A stretch of 64,000 nucleotides of DNA, from IMG/VR virus record IMGVR_UViG_3300020048_000109, positions 7,580-71,579 of that record. One strand, written 5' to 3'. The translations under genes and the position numbers were made by a program. This document shows, piece by piece, positions 28,333 through 38,669 of this stretch. Each line of letters starts with the position of its first letter. Positions within the stretch are counted from its first letter, which is position 1. The DNA comes from a virus (taxonomy: Duplodnaviria; Caudoviricetes). The notes below the pieces were generated by a model. The model was not told where the DNA came from and made no database searches. It was given only the letters and a program-made list of their open reading frames with translations.

Positions 28333-29946
28333 TTATATTAAACTTTGACCTGATAATAGTTTCGCATTTATTTCTGACCTTTCAGCATCATTTAGCGCAT
28401 AATTAGAAATAATAAACTCATCTATTGTAGCTGTTACTGAACCTCGATAACCCCTACCAATTAAAAAATTCCCTGTTGATTGTTTTGATTGTGAAAATGC
28501 CATTTTATAACATGTACACAATTCATTGTTTAAATAAAGGCTAAAATTTCCGTTTGTATAATCCCTTACTAATGTGATTATTGTCGTTTTATTTAAAGGT
28601 ATTTTAAAAAATGTAACAAAACTAAGATAACTACCTGACGGATGCGGTGAAAAGAAAAATTCCAATGTGCCATTAGTACTTTGTACTAATGTTCCCCAAC
28701 TTGTATAACTGCCATATTCAAAAATACAACTATTTGCCCAAGCCGTAGGATTGTATGAAAATGAAATTGTTGAATTTCCATTAATAGCAAACGCTGTTGA
28801 ATTACCCGCAATTATATTTGATGCGCTTGAATTTAAAAATTTAGCGCCTTGCCCTATTAAAGATGAATTATAAGTTATTGAATTTGCCGTTCCGTTATTT
28901 GTACCGATAGCGTCAAAAACATTATTTTCCATTTTATAATAAGAAATTATTTTTGATATTGGTATAATAAACGATACGATTGTTAGTTGAGAAACGATAT
29001 TTGATGTGCTTCTATTGTAATAAATATCAACTGGTTTAACCTCTATACTATTAACTGAATTTGGTTTTAAATTAATGGCAAAAACATTGCCATAAGTGCA
29101 TCTGTTATTATACCTACCATTTACATAAACCTCATAAAAATCAATAAGATTGACATTTCCTGTAGGTTCTGTGAAAAGTAATTCAATAGCTGTTGCGTAA
29201 ATACTTCCTGCGGATAAATTAACAATTGAGTTAGGCGATGTGAAATTTTGTATATAACTTACTTTACCATAATTAGTATTTATTAAAGCGGTTATTTCAC
29301 CGTCAGGATTCCCGCCATTAATTGTTGCGTTATCTAAATGAGTATATAACCTAAAATTTGAAGTCCCTACAAAAATATTTGTATTAGTAGCATCTACACC
29401 TATTGGTTTATAATTAGGAGCGTAAAATATTGCGTCTGAATTATCTTGAAAATACCCATAAGTAGAGTTTAAAGTAGTTAAATTAGGGAAAATATACTGC
29501 CTTATCTTATTTCTTGAACCAAATACACCTGAACCAGATTCTATTATACCTTTTAACCTTATTTCTTTAATATTTTCTGATAATTTAAAATTATCAATCC
29601 CTATTTTTTTACAGTAATTTTCCTCGTCAAAATAATAAGTTATTGCATTATTATTATATAAACCATAATTAGCAATCTGATAATCAACCCCAATATAACA
29701 CTCAATGTCATTTCCAACAATGGTAAAATTTTGAATATTGGCCTCGTCAAAACCTGTTCCGCTTGGGTAGTTTTGCAGTTTAGCCGACAATTGTGCAGGC
29801 GTGTTTATTGCACTTGCAACCCCACCTATAAAAGTGTTGTTTACATAAATAGGTGTTGGTATTCCAAAACGGTACGGGTTTACAAATTGCATCTGTCTAT
29901 ATTTTTTATATACGTTAAATAGCGGATTAATTATGAGTTGAGCCAT
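28333..29946 (-). CDS. Virion-associated protein with C-terminal LamG / concanavalin-like domain
   Basis: FVNPYRFG N-terminus; ISYYKMENNVFD...IDEFIISNYALND LamG pattern; FN3-like middle. Confidence 0.75.
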   Translation of the reverse strand: MAQLIINPLFNVYKKYRQMQFVNPYRFGIPTPIYVNNTFIGGVASAINTPAQLSAKLQNYPSGTGFDEANIQNFTIVGNDIECYIGVDYQIANYGLYNNNAITYYFDEENYCKKIGIDNFKLSENIKEIRLKGIIESGSGVFGSRNKIRQYIFPNLTTLNSTYGYFQDNSDAIFYAPNYKPIGVDATNTNIFVGTSNFRLYTHLDNATINGGNPDGEITALINTNYGKVSYIQNFTSPNSIVNLSAGSIYATAIELLFTEPTGNVNLIDFYEVYVNGRYNNRCTYGNVFAINLKPNSVNSIEVKPVDIYYNRSTSNIVSQLTIVSFIIPISKIISYYKMENNVFDAIGTNNGTANSITYNSSLIGQGAKFLNSSASNIIAGNSTAFAINGNSTISFSYNPTAWANSCIFEYGSYTSWGTLVQSTNGTLEFFFSPHPSGSYLSFVTFFKIPLNKTTIITLVRDYTNGNFSLYLNNELCTCYKMAFSQSKQSTGNFLIGRGYRGSVTATIDEFIISNYALNDAERSEINAKLLSGQSLI

Positions 29947-30491
29947 CCCTCGTCTATATTTGGCTCTAACCCTGCATTTACTTGTGCTATTTTAATATTT
30001 TTGGTGTCTTGGTTTTGCAAAAACTTAGTGTTAACGCTGTTTAAATGGTCAATTTTTGCTTGTTCTTCTGCGTTTAAGGCTAAACTTTTAGCGTCTTTAT
30101 AAATGCTATTCATCATTAAAGCAAATTCCCTAACGTGCGTAACTTCGCTAAAAATTGAACTGTTGGCCATAGTTTCTGCATTTTCAATTTCTAAAATAAT
30201 GCTTTCATCTGAGCGTTTAATTGGGTTGAAAGTCATTCTGTATTCTCGTATTCCTGGATAACTTGGATGCTCTTGAAATTCAGCTAAAAAATTAAGGTCG
30301 GGCATTACATCTTCCATTATGAAAATGCGTGAATCATAAGTAGGTTCAGCAAACGGCGTGTGTTTTATTAGCCATTCATAGTCCGGGTCAATTTCACCTT
30401 CAGCAAAAGGCGATAAATCTGCCTTTGGATAATCGGCGTGTTTGATAATTTGTTTAGTGGATTTACGAATCAATACTGCTGGTACACTCAT
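29931..30491 (-). CDS. Hypothetical tail-fibre-associated protein
   Basis: 186-aa ORF between the fibre and LamG genes. Confidence 0.6.
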   Translation of the reverse strand: MSVPAVLIRKSTKQIIKHADYPKADLSPFAEGEIDPDYEWLIKHTPFAEPTYDSRIFIMEDVMPDLNFLAEFQEHPSYPGIREYRMTFNPIKRSDESIILEIENAETMANSSIFSEVTHVREFALMMNSIYKDAKSLALNAEEQAKIDHLNSVNTKFLQNQDTKNIKIAQVNAGLEPNIDEGWLNS

Positions 30492-30518
30492 TTTTATTTA
30501 TTTTTAGATTATTAATTA

Positions 30519-33500
30519 TTATACTCTTGTTCCTTTTAAAACTATTTTTAAACCTTTGCCCACATCACCACTTCCTAATTGCGTGGTGCTTATTACTAAT
30601 AAAGCATCATCTGCTAAATTTACATCACTAATTACCGCTGGCACACTTGCCGTTACACTTGTTAATTCTTCGGTGTCAATACTTAAAAGCGTACTTAAAA
30701 TTGAAACACCGCTTTCTTTTACATCAACAATTACTTTACTTATTGTTGGCGCGTTGTTTAGTGATATTCTTATTTCGGTTAACGTCATAGCAAAAGGCAT
30801 ACGGATTGAAATTAAATTGCCTAAAGTCAAATCACTTGTTTCATCGCTACAAGCGTATGCAATCTCTACTTTTTTATAATTTGAATTAATAGTGCTTACT
30901 AAAGCGGCATCTGTATAACTTACTTTTGCAGTGTTTAACCCTACCGCAGTCGTTAAATCTGTTATCTGTTTTTGCAGTTTCCCAAAACCAATTAAAATAG
31001 TATCGGTTGCAACAACGGCTGTGCCTGTTAAAAAGGAAATACCTGTTAAAACAGTTGCTAAAACACCAACGCCCGCAGGGTGCGTATGGCTTGTGATTTC
31101 GCCAGTTAATTTTGCTTCAATATTAGCCTTTGTTAAATTGGCTAACCATCGAGCAACAGTAAAATACAAATTACTTGTACCTTCGGGCAGTTCATCAGTA
31201 TTTGTCGCGCCACTACCACCAACCGCATTAGGAATCCAAACGCTTTCTTCAACATCCCAATTATAGTTTAAAACATCGGTTGCGCCAACTACATTCACTT
31301 GTGCATAATCGCCTGCTTCGCCTGTTGGGTTCGCTGCAACTAAAGCGGCAAAAGTTAGGTAAACACCTTTAAAGTGTTGGTTGTAATCGGCTATGTTTAG
31401 TTTTAAATTTAATGCTGTTTGTGTTGCTATAGAAACGGGTTTATTTGCGTCGCTTGTGTTGTCGGCATTGCCTAAGCCTACTTGTGATTTTGTTACTTGG
31501 TGTGGATTATCTGTTCTTGTTAGGTGCGTTATTAATGTTGCGCCGTTGGTGGTGATCCAAGTTGATGCGTTATTCCACGCATTAATAAGTGCATCGGTAA
31601 TTCTATCCAGTGCGCTTAAATTGCCGTGCGTATGCGAACTTGGCACGGGTATAACACCACTACCAACGTGAAACTTAATATTGTCGAGCGTATAGCCTGC
31701 AAAATTTTTAAGGATGAATATTTCTAATTGCCTAAAATTTCCTAGTGATAAAAATGAAAAATCACTGCCATTTATAACAATATTTTGTGTGACTAAACTT
31801 GCAGAATTAAACCCATAATCTCCATTATTTAATAGTAATGATGAAGTCATTTGTTGTCCGCTTGCATTAAACATATTGATAAAAATATATGAATTTCCTA
31901 AATTCGCTTTTAAGGTAATGTCAAAAGACAAAGAGAATTTTTTTAAGGAATCCAAACCATCAACATCGGCGTTGTTTATAAATTTTGCCTTACTGGACGA
32001 TAAAGGATTTGTGGCATTAACAACACCTGCACTGTTTAAAATGCGTGAAGTGTTTGAGCTAAATACCCACTCGGTTGGTTCACCTGTACCGTTTGCATAA
32101 ACAGTTTCGGTGGTCATTGTAATACCACCGCCATCGGTTGGCGTAGTGCTACCGGCTTTTACAATAACTTGTTTTATAGGGAAAAATATTTCGGGATCAT
32201 AATCTGGCGGTACAACCAATTCTGTAGATGCCGGCTCGCCTGTTATTTTACCTACCAAACCTAAAGTATCAGGATAAACTGGCGCAAAAGCACCTATTAA
32301 ATCGATACGGTCTAACAGTTCATCAGCAGCCACTAAAATAACTTCATTTGCGGTGGCCGAATACCAATTATTGCCGGCAGGAAATTGTGAGGCTTTTACA
32401 TCGAATTTTAATAATGATGTCCAAATTGCTGAAACTATTGGTTTTTTGTTGGCGTTTGCAATAAAATCTAGAATGTTTTGGCCGTTGGTGGTGATCCAAG
32501 TTGAAGCCGAGTTCCAGGCGTTTATGAATGGTTGGGTAATGGTTTCCAGGATGGAGAAATTATTGTGCTTGTGTACAAATTCATCTGGATCAATAGCACT
32601 GCCAACGTGAAATTTCACATTGTCAATAGTATAACCGGCAAAGGTTTTCATTGGCCAAATTTCTAGACCTCTGATTGGTTTATTTAAGTAAAATGAAAAA
32701 TTAGATCCGTCAATAACTATTGTTTGTTTAGCCAAACTATTGGCATCAAAACCAAACAAACCATCTCTTACATATAAAATACTGGTGTTGTAAGAATAAT
32801 CATCATCTTCCAGCCTTATAATTATTACAGAAGTTCCAAAAGGAGCATCTAAAGTGATTTCAAAAGATAATGAAAATTTTTTGTTGCTGTCCAATCCTGT
32901 AATATCTTCTGCGTTTCTTAGAAAAAATTCACTTGGATAGTGAGGATTTGTGGCTTTTATAACGCCTGCAGCATTTACAATTTCTGTATGTATGGTGCTA
33001 AATGTCCACTCGTTTGGTTCACCCGTTCCGTTTTCATAAACGGTTTCCGTTACCATAGGATTTCCATTTTCATCGGTTGGCGTGGTGCTTCCTGCTTTTA
33101 CAATGACTTGTTTAATAGGGAAAAATAATGTTGGATCATAATCGGGCGGTACCACCAATGATGCGGATGCAGGCGTACCTGTTATTTTACCAACGATTCC
33201 TATAGTATCAGGAGCCACCGGCGCAAAAGCACCAATTAAATCGATACGGTCCAATCCGGAATTAACAGCTTCTGCAGGTTCCAAGATCACTTCACCAGGA
33301 GTGGCTGCATACCAATTAAATCCGGCAGGAAATTGTGAAGCTTTTACGTCGAATTTTAATTCCTCAATCCAAATGGCAGAAACAACTTCGTTTGCTTTAA
33401 AATTTAATTTATACAGCTCATTTATGGCATCTTCGTATAGCTTTAATTCTTCGGCTTTATAATAATATTTTGGATCTACACCCACAAGTTTTGCAACCCG

Positions 33501-33548
33501 TTGCGGATGATCTTCTTTTGGCCCGGTTGAAATAGGAAATTGAATCAT
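30519..33548 (-). CDS. Tail fibre-like protein with internal tandem duplication
   Basis: NPHQVTKSQVGLGNADNTSD, TDELPEGTSNLYFT and ATDTILIGFGKLQKQI fibre motifs; two ~315-aa repeats. Confidence 0.8.
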   Translation of the reverse strand: MIQFPISTGPKEDHPQRVAKLVGVDPKYYYKAEELKLYEDAINELYKLNFKANEVVSAIWIEELKFDVKASQFPAGFNWYAATPGEVILEPAEAVNSGLDRIDLIGAFAPVAPDTIGIVGKITGTPASASLVVPPDYDPTLFFPIKQVIVKAGSTTPTDENGNPMVTETVYENGTGEPNEWTFSTIHTEIVNAAGVIKATNPHYPSEFFLRNAEDITGLDSNKKFSLSFEITLDAPFGTSVIIIRLEDDDYSYNTSILYVRDGLFGFDANSLAKQTIVIDGSNFSFYLNKPIRGLEIWPMKTFAGYTIDNVKFHVGSAIDPDEFVHKHNNFSILETITQPFINAWNSASTWITTNGQNILDFIANANKKPIVSAIWTSLLKFDVKASQFPAGNNWYSATANEVILVAADELLDRIDLIGAFAPVYPDTLGLVGKITGEPASTELVVPPDYDPEIFFPIKQVIVKAGSTTPTDGGGITMTTETVYANGTGEPTEWVFSSNTSRILNSAGVVNATNPLSSSKAKFINNADVDGLDSLKKFSLSFDITLKANLGNSYIFINMFNASGQQMTSSLLLNNGDYGFNSASLVTQNIVINGSDFSFLSLGNFRQLEIFILKNFAGYTLDNIKFHVGSGVIPVPSSHTHGNLSALDRITDALINAWNNASTWITTNGATLITHLTRTDNPHQVTKSQVGLGNADNTSDANKPVSIATQTALNLKLNIADYNQHFKGVYLTFAALVAANPTGEAGDYAQVNVVGATDVLNYNWDVEESVWIPNAVGGSGATNTDELPEGTSNLYFTVARWLANLTKANIEAKLTGEITSHTHPAGVGVLATVLTGISFLTGTAVVATDTILIGFGKLQKQITDLTTAVGLNTAKVSYTDAALVSTINSNYKKVEIAYACSDETSDLTLGNLISIRMPFAMTLTEIRISLNNAPTISKVIVDVKESGVSILSTLLSIDTEELTSVTASVPAVISDVNLADDALLVISTTQLGSGDVGKGLKIVLKGTRV
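31540..33385 (-). repeat. Two ~0.94-kb tandem coding repeats inside the fibre gene
   Basis: VSAIW..KFDVKASQFPAG...DRIDLIGAFAP...WITTNG occurs twice (~32480-33385 and ~31540-32435). Confidence 0.9.
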
Positions 33549-33573
33549 GGTTAATTCATTATTTTATTTTAAC

Positions 33574-33608
33574 CAAATATAAATTGCGGGAAAAACATTT
33601 TTAAGACA
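33574..33608 (-). promoter_or_regulatory. Phage B late promoter candidate (TGTCTTAAA-N18-TATATTTG)
   Basis: Same motif and spacing at 52247-52281 and 59280-59314. Confidence 0.7.
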
Positions 33609-33616
33609 TGAGAAAA

Positions 33617-34174
33617 TCAACCTTTATAATTCAATACCCGGTTGCTCACTTTGCTTTGCATACGGCTCATTGAAGCATTCTTTAATATTTCGCGATTGTA
33701 AAGTGTGCGCATACTCTCAAGGCGATAGCCAAACTCATCGAGCTTGTATTCTATCATAAAATCGGATATTAGGTCCTTAATTTTTATGTTAGGCGCGTAT
33801 TTGGCGGCTGTTTTTATGGTATAAACAAATGCAATGCGAAACTGGTCTTCTAAAATATCGTTTAAATCTTCTGCAACTTTTTCAGGAACTTTTAAAAAGG
33901 AATATTGGCCAGATACGCATTTATACATTTGCGCTGAATATTTTGTATTTACATCATCGCTGACGGAAATGTACATATTGAATTTTTCAACCTTTTCCGG
34001 ATAACCGCTTTTTTCTAAAGTAATGCGAAACATTTTGCCAATGGAAGAAGTCATTGTGATTTTGCACGCTTTTACTTTTTTATTGAGGTAGTAAGCTTCT
34101 TTCCCTTTAAATTCTTGGTAAAAGAACGGAATTAAGTGCTGGCGTATTTTAACCGGTACAATGCTTTGTGACAT
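33617..34174 (-). CDS. Protein X' (homolog of 8144..8605), candidate late activator
   Basis: IVPVKIRQHLIPFF strand-helix start; ILEDQFR...FMIEYKLDE..YRLESM parallels MIDKLFR...YLKIYNIDE..IKLESI. Confidence 0.6.
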   Translation of the reverse strand: MSQSIVPVKIRQHLIPFFYQEFKGKEAYYLNKKVKACKITMTSSIGKMFRITLEKSGYPEKVEKFNMYISVSDDVNTKYSAQMYKCVSGQYSFLKVPEKVAEDLNDILEDQFRIAFVYTIKTAAKYAPNIKIKDLISDFMIEYKLDEFGYRLESMRTLYNREILKNASMSRMQSKVSNRVLNYKG

Positions 34175-34210
34175 TTATCTCTTTTTCATTAGTATTTTTG
34201 GCGTTTCTTT

Positions 34211-34732
34211 TTAAATATTGATAAAGGTGATTGGAATATCGTGCGGTAATAAATCGTTAAAGAAATCATTGGTTCCTGCGCCGGCTGCATCAACAAAGCC
34301 AATGGAGAAGATTGATTTTGTTTCAAATTTTACGGTAGTGATCATTTCATCGGATGTGATGGAAACATCGGGCAGTTTGTTTTGAAAATAGTCGTTTCGG
34401 CCAATAACCATTGTATTTCCGTTATCCAGGATTAACTTAACATATTTCACTTTTTCAAACAAAGAAATCCGATCTGATCGGTTGCTGTCGTTGCTTGGAA
34501 ATTTAATTTCTAAAACTTGGGTAAAGGAAAGTCCGGACTTACTGCTTTTTGAAGTTTCACGAAAAGAAACGCGCTTTTTTCCGAAGTAGGCATCGTTCCA
34601 AATATTGTCGACACCACGGCTGTTGTAAAAATTTTGGATGGAAGAAGCGGCTTCTGGAGACAAGGCTCCTGCAAAATCTAATTGAATTCTACAGATATTT
34701 GGGTTAACACGTACTTTTTCAAGGATCTCCAT
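34211..34732 (-). CDS. Protein Y' (counterpart of 7553..8116); likely start ATG 34732
   Basis: The upstream extension in the ORF track overlaps the origin repeats; TATATTTG -7 box at 34747-34754. Confidence 0.6.
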   Translation of the reverse strand: MEILEKVRVNPNICRIQLDFAGALSPEAASSIQNFYNSRGVDNIWNDAYFGKKRVSFRETSKSSKSGLSFTQVLEIKFPSNDSNRSDRISLFEKVKYVKLILDNGNTMVIGRNDYFQNKLPDVSITSDEMITTVKFETKSIFSIGFVDAAGAGTNDFFNDLLPHDIPITFINI

Positions 34733-34849
34733 TTCAAAAATTTTAATCAAATATATGAAATTTTGATATAGGAGTATAATTTTTAGGATAAAAATGTACT
34801 TATAGGTAAATAAAAATAATTCAAAAAAGCTAAAAAGTACGGATTTTTT

Positions 34850-35071
34850 TGTAACAATGTAACCTTGTGATTTTATAGGCTTCAAAGCCTTGTAAACACT
34901 AGGTTTTTTATTTACAATGATTTTGTAACCAAAGGCAGAAACAGAAATGTAATTTTGTAACCTCTTTATTAGTTACATTTTTTTTGTAACTGAGTGTACA
35001 TTAAGAATAGTAAAATGTAACCTAAATACCTATATTTTTCGCCACCTCTCGGCAATGGTTACAAAGTTACA
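34850..35071. repeat. Putative replication origin B: 9 copies of TGTAAC / GTTACA
   Basis: Copies at 34850, 34858, 34924, 34956, 34972, 34985, 35016, 35058, 35066; same genomic position as origin A. Confidence 0.7.
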
Positions 35072-35225
35072 TTTTTTTCGTGGTTTATATGAAATGAGGG
35101 AGTAGGGAGAAGAAACGTGCAGGTGTTTGCGTGAGATACGCTTTTCGGGTGGTGATTGTACCTAAATGTCATAAACAAAAGAAACCGCCTAAAAAGCGGT
35201 TTAATTACTTAACTGAAGCGGCATA

Positions 35226-35486
35226 TTATTTAATATTTAGCAGCTGGTCTTTTCTGTTTAGTTTTTTGAAGTATTCAAAATTGTACTTCTTAGTATGTCG
35301 CTGGATGCAACAATAATTTACTTTCCATTTATCTTCGAGTTCTACTTTGGTAAGTGGTGAAAATAAACAATCTTTTGCTATTGCTATTTTAAGATCTTCG
35401 CTTCGGGAAGCATATTTTTTAGTATAATTTTTTTGTTTTGAATTTCTCATAATAATTTGGGAATCACTAATTAAGATTTGAAGCAA
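35226..35486 (-). CDS. Small basic hypothetical protein (start uncertain)
   Basis: ORF between the attC-like site and the origin. Confidence 0.45.
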   Translation of the reverse strand: MLQILISDSQIIMRNSKQKNYTKKYASRSEDLKIAIAKDCLFSPLTKVELEDKWKVNYCCIQRHTKKYNFEYFKKLNRKDQLLNIK

Positions 35487-35584
35487 TATTACTCGGCATA
35501 AAAAGCCGAGTAAGACTGCTTATAACACCTGATAAAGCCAAAGTTTTTTGAAGTAAAAAACCTTGGTTTATCAGTCAGTTAGCC
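35483..35584. repeat. attC-like imperfect inverted repeat, copy 2
   Basis: TTATAAC-ACCTGATAAAGCCAAAG...CCTTGGTTTATCAG-TCA-GTTAGCC plus hairpin TTACTCGGC/GCCGAGTAA. Confidence 0.6.
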
Positions 35585-35696
35585 GTAATGTCGGGCGAAG
35601 AACATTCCATCCATCACAATTTTAGTAAACCATCCCGTCACTTCGGCTAACTCCGTATATAATTAACTTTAAAAAAAGCCATCTACACGTTTATTT

Positions 35697-36161
35697 TTAA
35701 TGGAAAACAACAACGCCTTTATCTTTTCCTAATCTAAAAACTTCCGTCCAAGCATCATAATTATACATATTATCTTCTCCAAATACTTTTAAGGCTTTTT
35801 CTCTGTTATTTACAAAATCATCGTAAAGGTTTTCTGAAACTTCCCAATCCAAACAACCTTCGTTGTCTGCAAAATTTATAAGTTCATAAAAAGGTTTTGT
35901 TTTATCTCCGTCTATTTCTGTCCAAGTTTTGGGTATTCCAACAACATCACACAAGTTATCTCTAAAGAATCTATGAGAACCATAACCAGTCGAATGTGAA
36001 CCAACGCTTTTGCCAACGTAAAATTGACCATATTCAAGGTTTTTAACTCTGTCTTTCCAACAGTCGCTAATTACAAACGCTTCAAAATCGTAAGCATCTT
36101 CTTTAATTTTTTTCTCAGATGCTTTTTTAATCTTTTGGTAAACTGTAATATCTAATCCCAT
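35697..36161 (-). CDS. Phage hypothetical protein (MGLDI family)
   Basis: 154-aa ORF; MGLDITVY start common in phage early genes. Confidence 0.7.
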   Translation of the reverse strand: MGLDITVYQKIKKASEKKIKEDAYDFEAFVISDCWKDRVKNLEYGQFYVGKSVGSHSTGYGSHRFFRDNLCDVVGIPKTWTEIDGDKTKPFYELINFADNEGCLDWEVSENLYDDFVNNREKALKVFGEDNMYNYDAWTEVFRLGKDKGVVVFH

Positions 36162-36279
36162 AATTTTAATTGTTTTTAATATTAATATTTATTTTAAATT
36201 GTTTAATTCTATTTTGGCTAAAAAGCCAATTTGCCAACGCCTTTTTTTAAAAGCTAATCATATACAAATTAGTTATAAT

Positions 36280-36498
36280 TTATTTTTCAGGATCCTTCAA
36301 TCTTACTACGAAAGAATTAAATCCACTGGCGATAAAAGTTTTTTCACTGATTGATAAACAATTTATTTTAAACTCATCATTTTGCATAAGTATATTGCCT
36401 TGCATCGCTTTTGTGTAACTTTCTTTAATTTTAGTTACTCCACTGCCATCTCTTTTTATTTGGCTAATAAATTCCAATTCGCTTGCTTTTTTTTTCAT
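36280..36498 (-). CDS. Hypothetical protein
   Basis: 72-aa ORF in early operon. Confidence 0.5.
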   Translation of the reverse strand: MKKKASELEFISQIKRDGSGVTKIKESYTKAMQGNILMQNDEFKINCLSISEKTFIASGFNSFVVRLKDPEK

Positions 36499-36500
36499 AA

Positions 36501-36773
36501 TTAAAAGAGTAACATTTGAGAGCCTATTGGTTGTGTGATTTCTATTATTTCAGATAATGGAATTCCGCAGTGTCCTTCATTTACTAAAACCAAACATTTT
36601 GTTTCGTGTCTTCCTGAAGGATCTATAATAAAATCCAATATTTTTGATTTTATAATTATCATTGAATGTGTTCCTGAATTATCCCAGTTGTCAAATTCAA
36701 AAGAAATATAACTGCCTATAGTAAGCTCTTTTACATCAGTTATAATTATTTTCTTAACATGTGTATGCATCAC
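36501..36773 (-). CDS. Phage hypothetical protein (homolog of 9611..9847)
   Basis: IIDPSGRHETKC motif. Confidence 0.75.
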   Translation of the reverse strand: MMHTHVKKIIITDVKELTIGSYISFEFDNWDNSGTHSMIIIKSKILDFIIDPSGRHETKCLVLVNEGHCGIPLSEIIEITQPIGSQMLLF

Positions 36774-37039
36774 TACTTATTTTTATGAGGATTAATAACA
36801 TCGGTAATGCGAAGTCCTAAAATGCAATAGCCTTTTTCCAATCCAAATTCACCGCCTAAAAAAACATAGGTTACATAGCACAGTATTTTTTTACCGGTAT
36901 ATTCGGTACCGTTCCATTCTTGCTTTATCAGTTTGTCGCCCAGTTTAAAGTCCCGGTCGTTTTTGCGGATGGTAAATGTTTTTTTCCCGGAAGCTGTAGC
37001 CGCATAATGCTCTGGAAGTATTTTTAAAGTGTGTTCCAT
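36773..37039 (-). CDS. DUF3850 / ASCH-like (PUA fold) protein
   Basis: HTLKILPEHY...GKKTFTIRKNDRDFKLGD...EW...YTG. Confidence 0.85.
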   Translation of the reverse strand: MEHTLKILPEHYAATASGKKTFTIRKNDRDFKLGDKLIKQEWNGTEYTGKKILCYVTYVFLGGEFGLEKGYCILGLRITDVINPHKNK

Positions 37040-37383
37040 TATTTTTGTTTTATTAATTCTGGGTTTTGATAAATGTTTCCAATGATGGTATAATGACCAA
37101 CTACATTAAACAGTAACTCCTGCCAAATAATTTCACTTTGTAATCTTAAAATAAAACCACAATGATACCATTCGATAGTTCCTTTACCCATATTTGGCAG
37201 CGTTAGAATATCACCTTCATAAATCTCTTCACCGTTTTTATCTTGCAGGCCTGTAAATTGCATTGGAATTACAATATTTTCATCTAATGAAAGATAATAG
37301 TGTAAGTGTTCAGTATTGATGTTTTCCCAAGGAATGATTTCTTTATCTCTAACATCCCAAAATCTAAATTTTATTGTTCTCAT
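37039..37383 (-). CDS. yopX: YopX family protein
   Basis: MRTIKFRFWD, MQFTGLQDKNGEEIYEGDIL, IIGNIYQNPEL. Confidence 0.92.
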   Translation of the reverse strand: MRTIKFRFWDVRDKEIIPWENINTEHLHYYLSLDENIVIPMQFTGLQDKNGEEIYEGDILTLPNMGKGTIEWYHCGFILRLQSEIIWQELLFNVVGHYTIIGNIYQNPELIKQK

Positions 37384-37582
37384 TTTTCTTCTATAAATTA
37401 ATGATGATATTTACTTCTGTTTTTTTGAATTAAATCCCTTGCATTCGATAACATTTCGAACGGTTTTGCTGATTTCCTGAAAGCTTCTGCCAGTCCACAA
37501 AAAGCAGCTTCTAATTTTTTGGCCGAAATAACGGCAATTTGTAAGTTTTTCATTTTTGTATTTTTAAGTTAATTTCTTTTTT

Positions 37583-37677
37583 AAAAAAACCGCCAGCAGT
37601 CTCATTTATATTATATCCAATAGTTAAAAAATATGATAATCATAGATTTGATTTGGGTTGAGTTTCTCTGGCGGTGC
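37583..37677 (-). ncRNA. Candidate structured RNA / attenuator, copy 2
   Basis: Covarying counterpart of 10282..10389. Confidence 0.45.
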
Positions 37678-37689
37678 ATTTTTATACTG

Positions 37690-37974
37690 CTATCTTCTTA
37701 TCGCCTGAGCGGCTGCTTTGCCCCAAGGCTCCATTTTTTTATTAAATGTTGACCAGCTAAATGAAATACCTATTTTACGGTTAAAATACCTGCGCAACAC
37801 ATAACTGCGTGCTATGCTTATGAGCGTGAAATAGAATGTGATCTGTAAATTTTTTGCGGTGGTGCTTTCAATATCCATCAATGGAAATAATACCATGGTA
37901 CTGATTAATGATATTCCAAATCCTACGGCTACATTGATAAGTGATTCAACTAATGATTGTCTTTTTGTCTGCAT
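37690..37974 (-). CDS. Small phage membrane protein
   Basis: QTKRQSLVESLINVAVG...RSYVLRRYF, two TM segments. Confidence 0.75.
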   Translation of the reverse strand: MQTKRQSLVESLINVAVGFGISLISTMVLFPLMDIESTTAKNLQITFYFTLISIARSYVLRRYFNRKIGISFSWSTFNKKMEPWGKAAAQAIRR

Positions 37975-37996
37975 TTTTTTTAATTTATTTTAATTG

Positions 37997-38467
37997 TTAA
38001 ACTGCTATTTTAATTGTAATAAATTCGAATGTTTGTGTTTTGGAGAGGACAAAAACAATGTTGTTTTTTAGGTCGGTTTTAAATTGTTGGGCATTGGTCA
38101 ATTCGCTTAAAACATAAGGGCCGTTCATTGCGTTTTTTACCAAAAGATAAAAGGATATGCCTTGTTTTATTTCGTCCTTGTAAGCAACCACGTCAGCCAT
38201 AACAGCTTCTTTTAAACGAAGCTTAAAAGCAATTGCGGTTTCTTTTTTGTCGCTGTAATCAAGTACGTAAATCATTCCCATTTTACATTGGTTCCACAAC
38301 TCTAAATAATCGTTGTTTGTGCTCAATAAATATGGACCTTCAAAATTTCCTGAAAACTGCGATTTATAAAACACTTCCTTGTTTTCTAGAATATCGCCTT
38401 CGCCTTGGTGAAAAACATCTGCCAATAAGGCTTGTTTCAAATACGACATAATTTTAAATCCTCTCAT
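37997..38467 (-). CDS. Phage hypothetical protein with internal duplication (related to 10698..11000)
   Basis: GPYLL and GPYVL repeated halves. Confidence 0.65.
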   Translation of the reverse strand: MRGFKIMSYLKQALLADVFHQGEGDILENKEVFYKSQFSGNFEGPYLLSTNNDYLELWNQCKMGMIYVLDYSDKKETAIAFKLRLKEAVMADVVAYKDEIKQGISFYLLVKNAMNGPYVLSELTNAQQFKTDLKNNIVFVLSKTQTFEFITIKIAV

Positions 38468-38669
38468 AACTACTGAATTAATTATTTACTTAATTCTATA
38501 AACCTTAAACCGGTCACCATTCTTAGGTGCAGGTTTTTTTGGATGTAGTTGTTTTCAATCAAATATTTAAAACAAATACACACATCATCCAACTGCAGAA
38601 GATCACTGCAGTTGTTGGCTATTATTTCAATTTCTTGTTTTGAGTAACTCATAATTAATGGCTAAAAAA

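Noticed and set aside
28333-33548. Diversity-generating retroelement or invertible fibre shufflon
   Set aside because: No reverse transcriptase or invertase; the fibre repeats differ at all base types rather than only adenines; no inverted crossover sites seen
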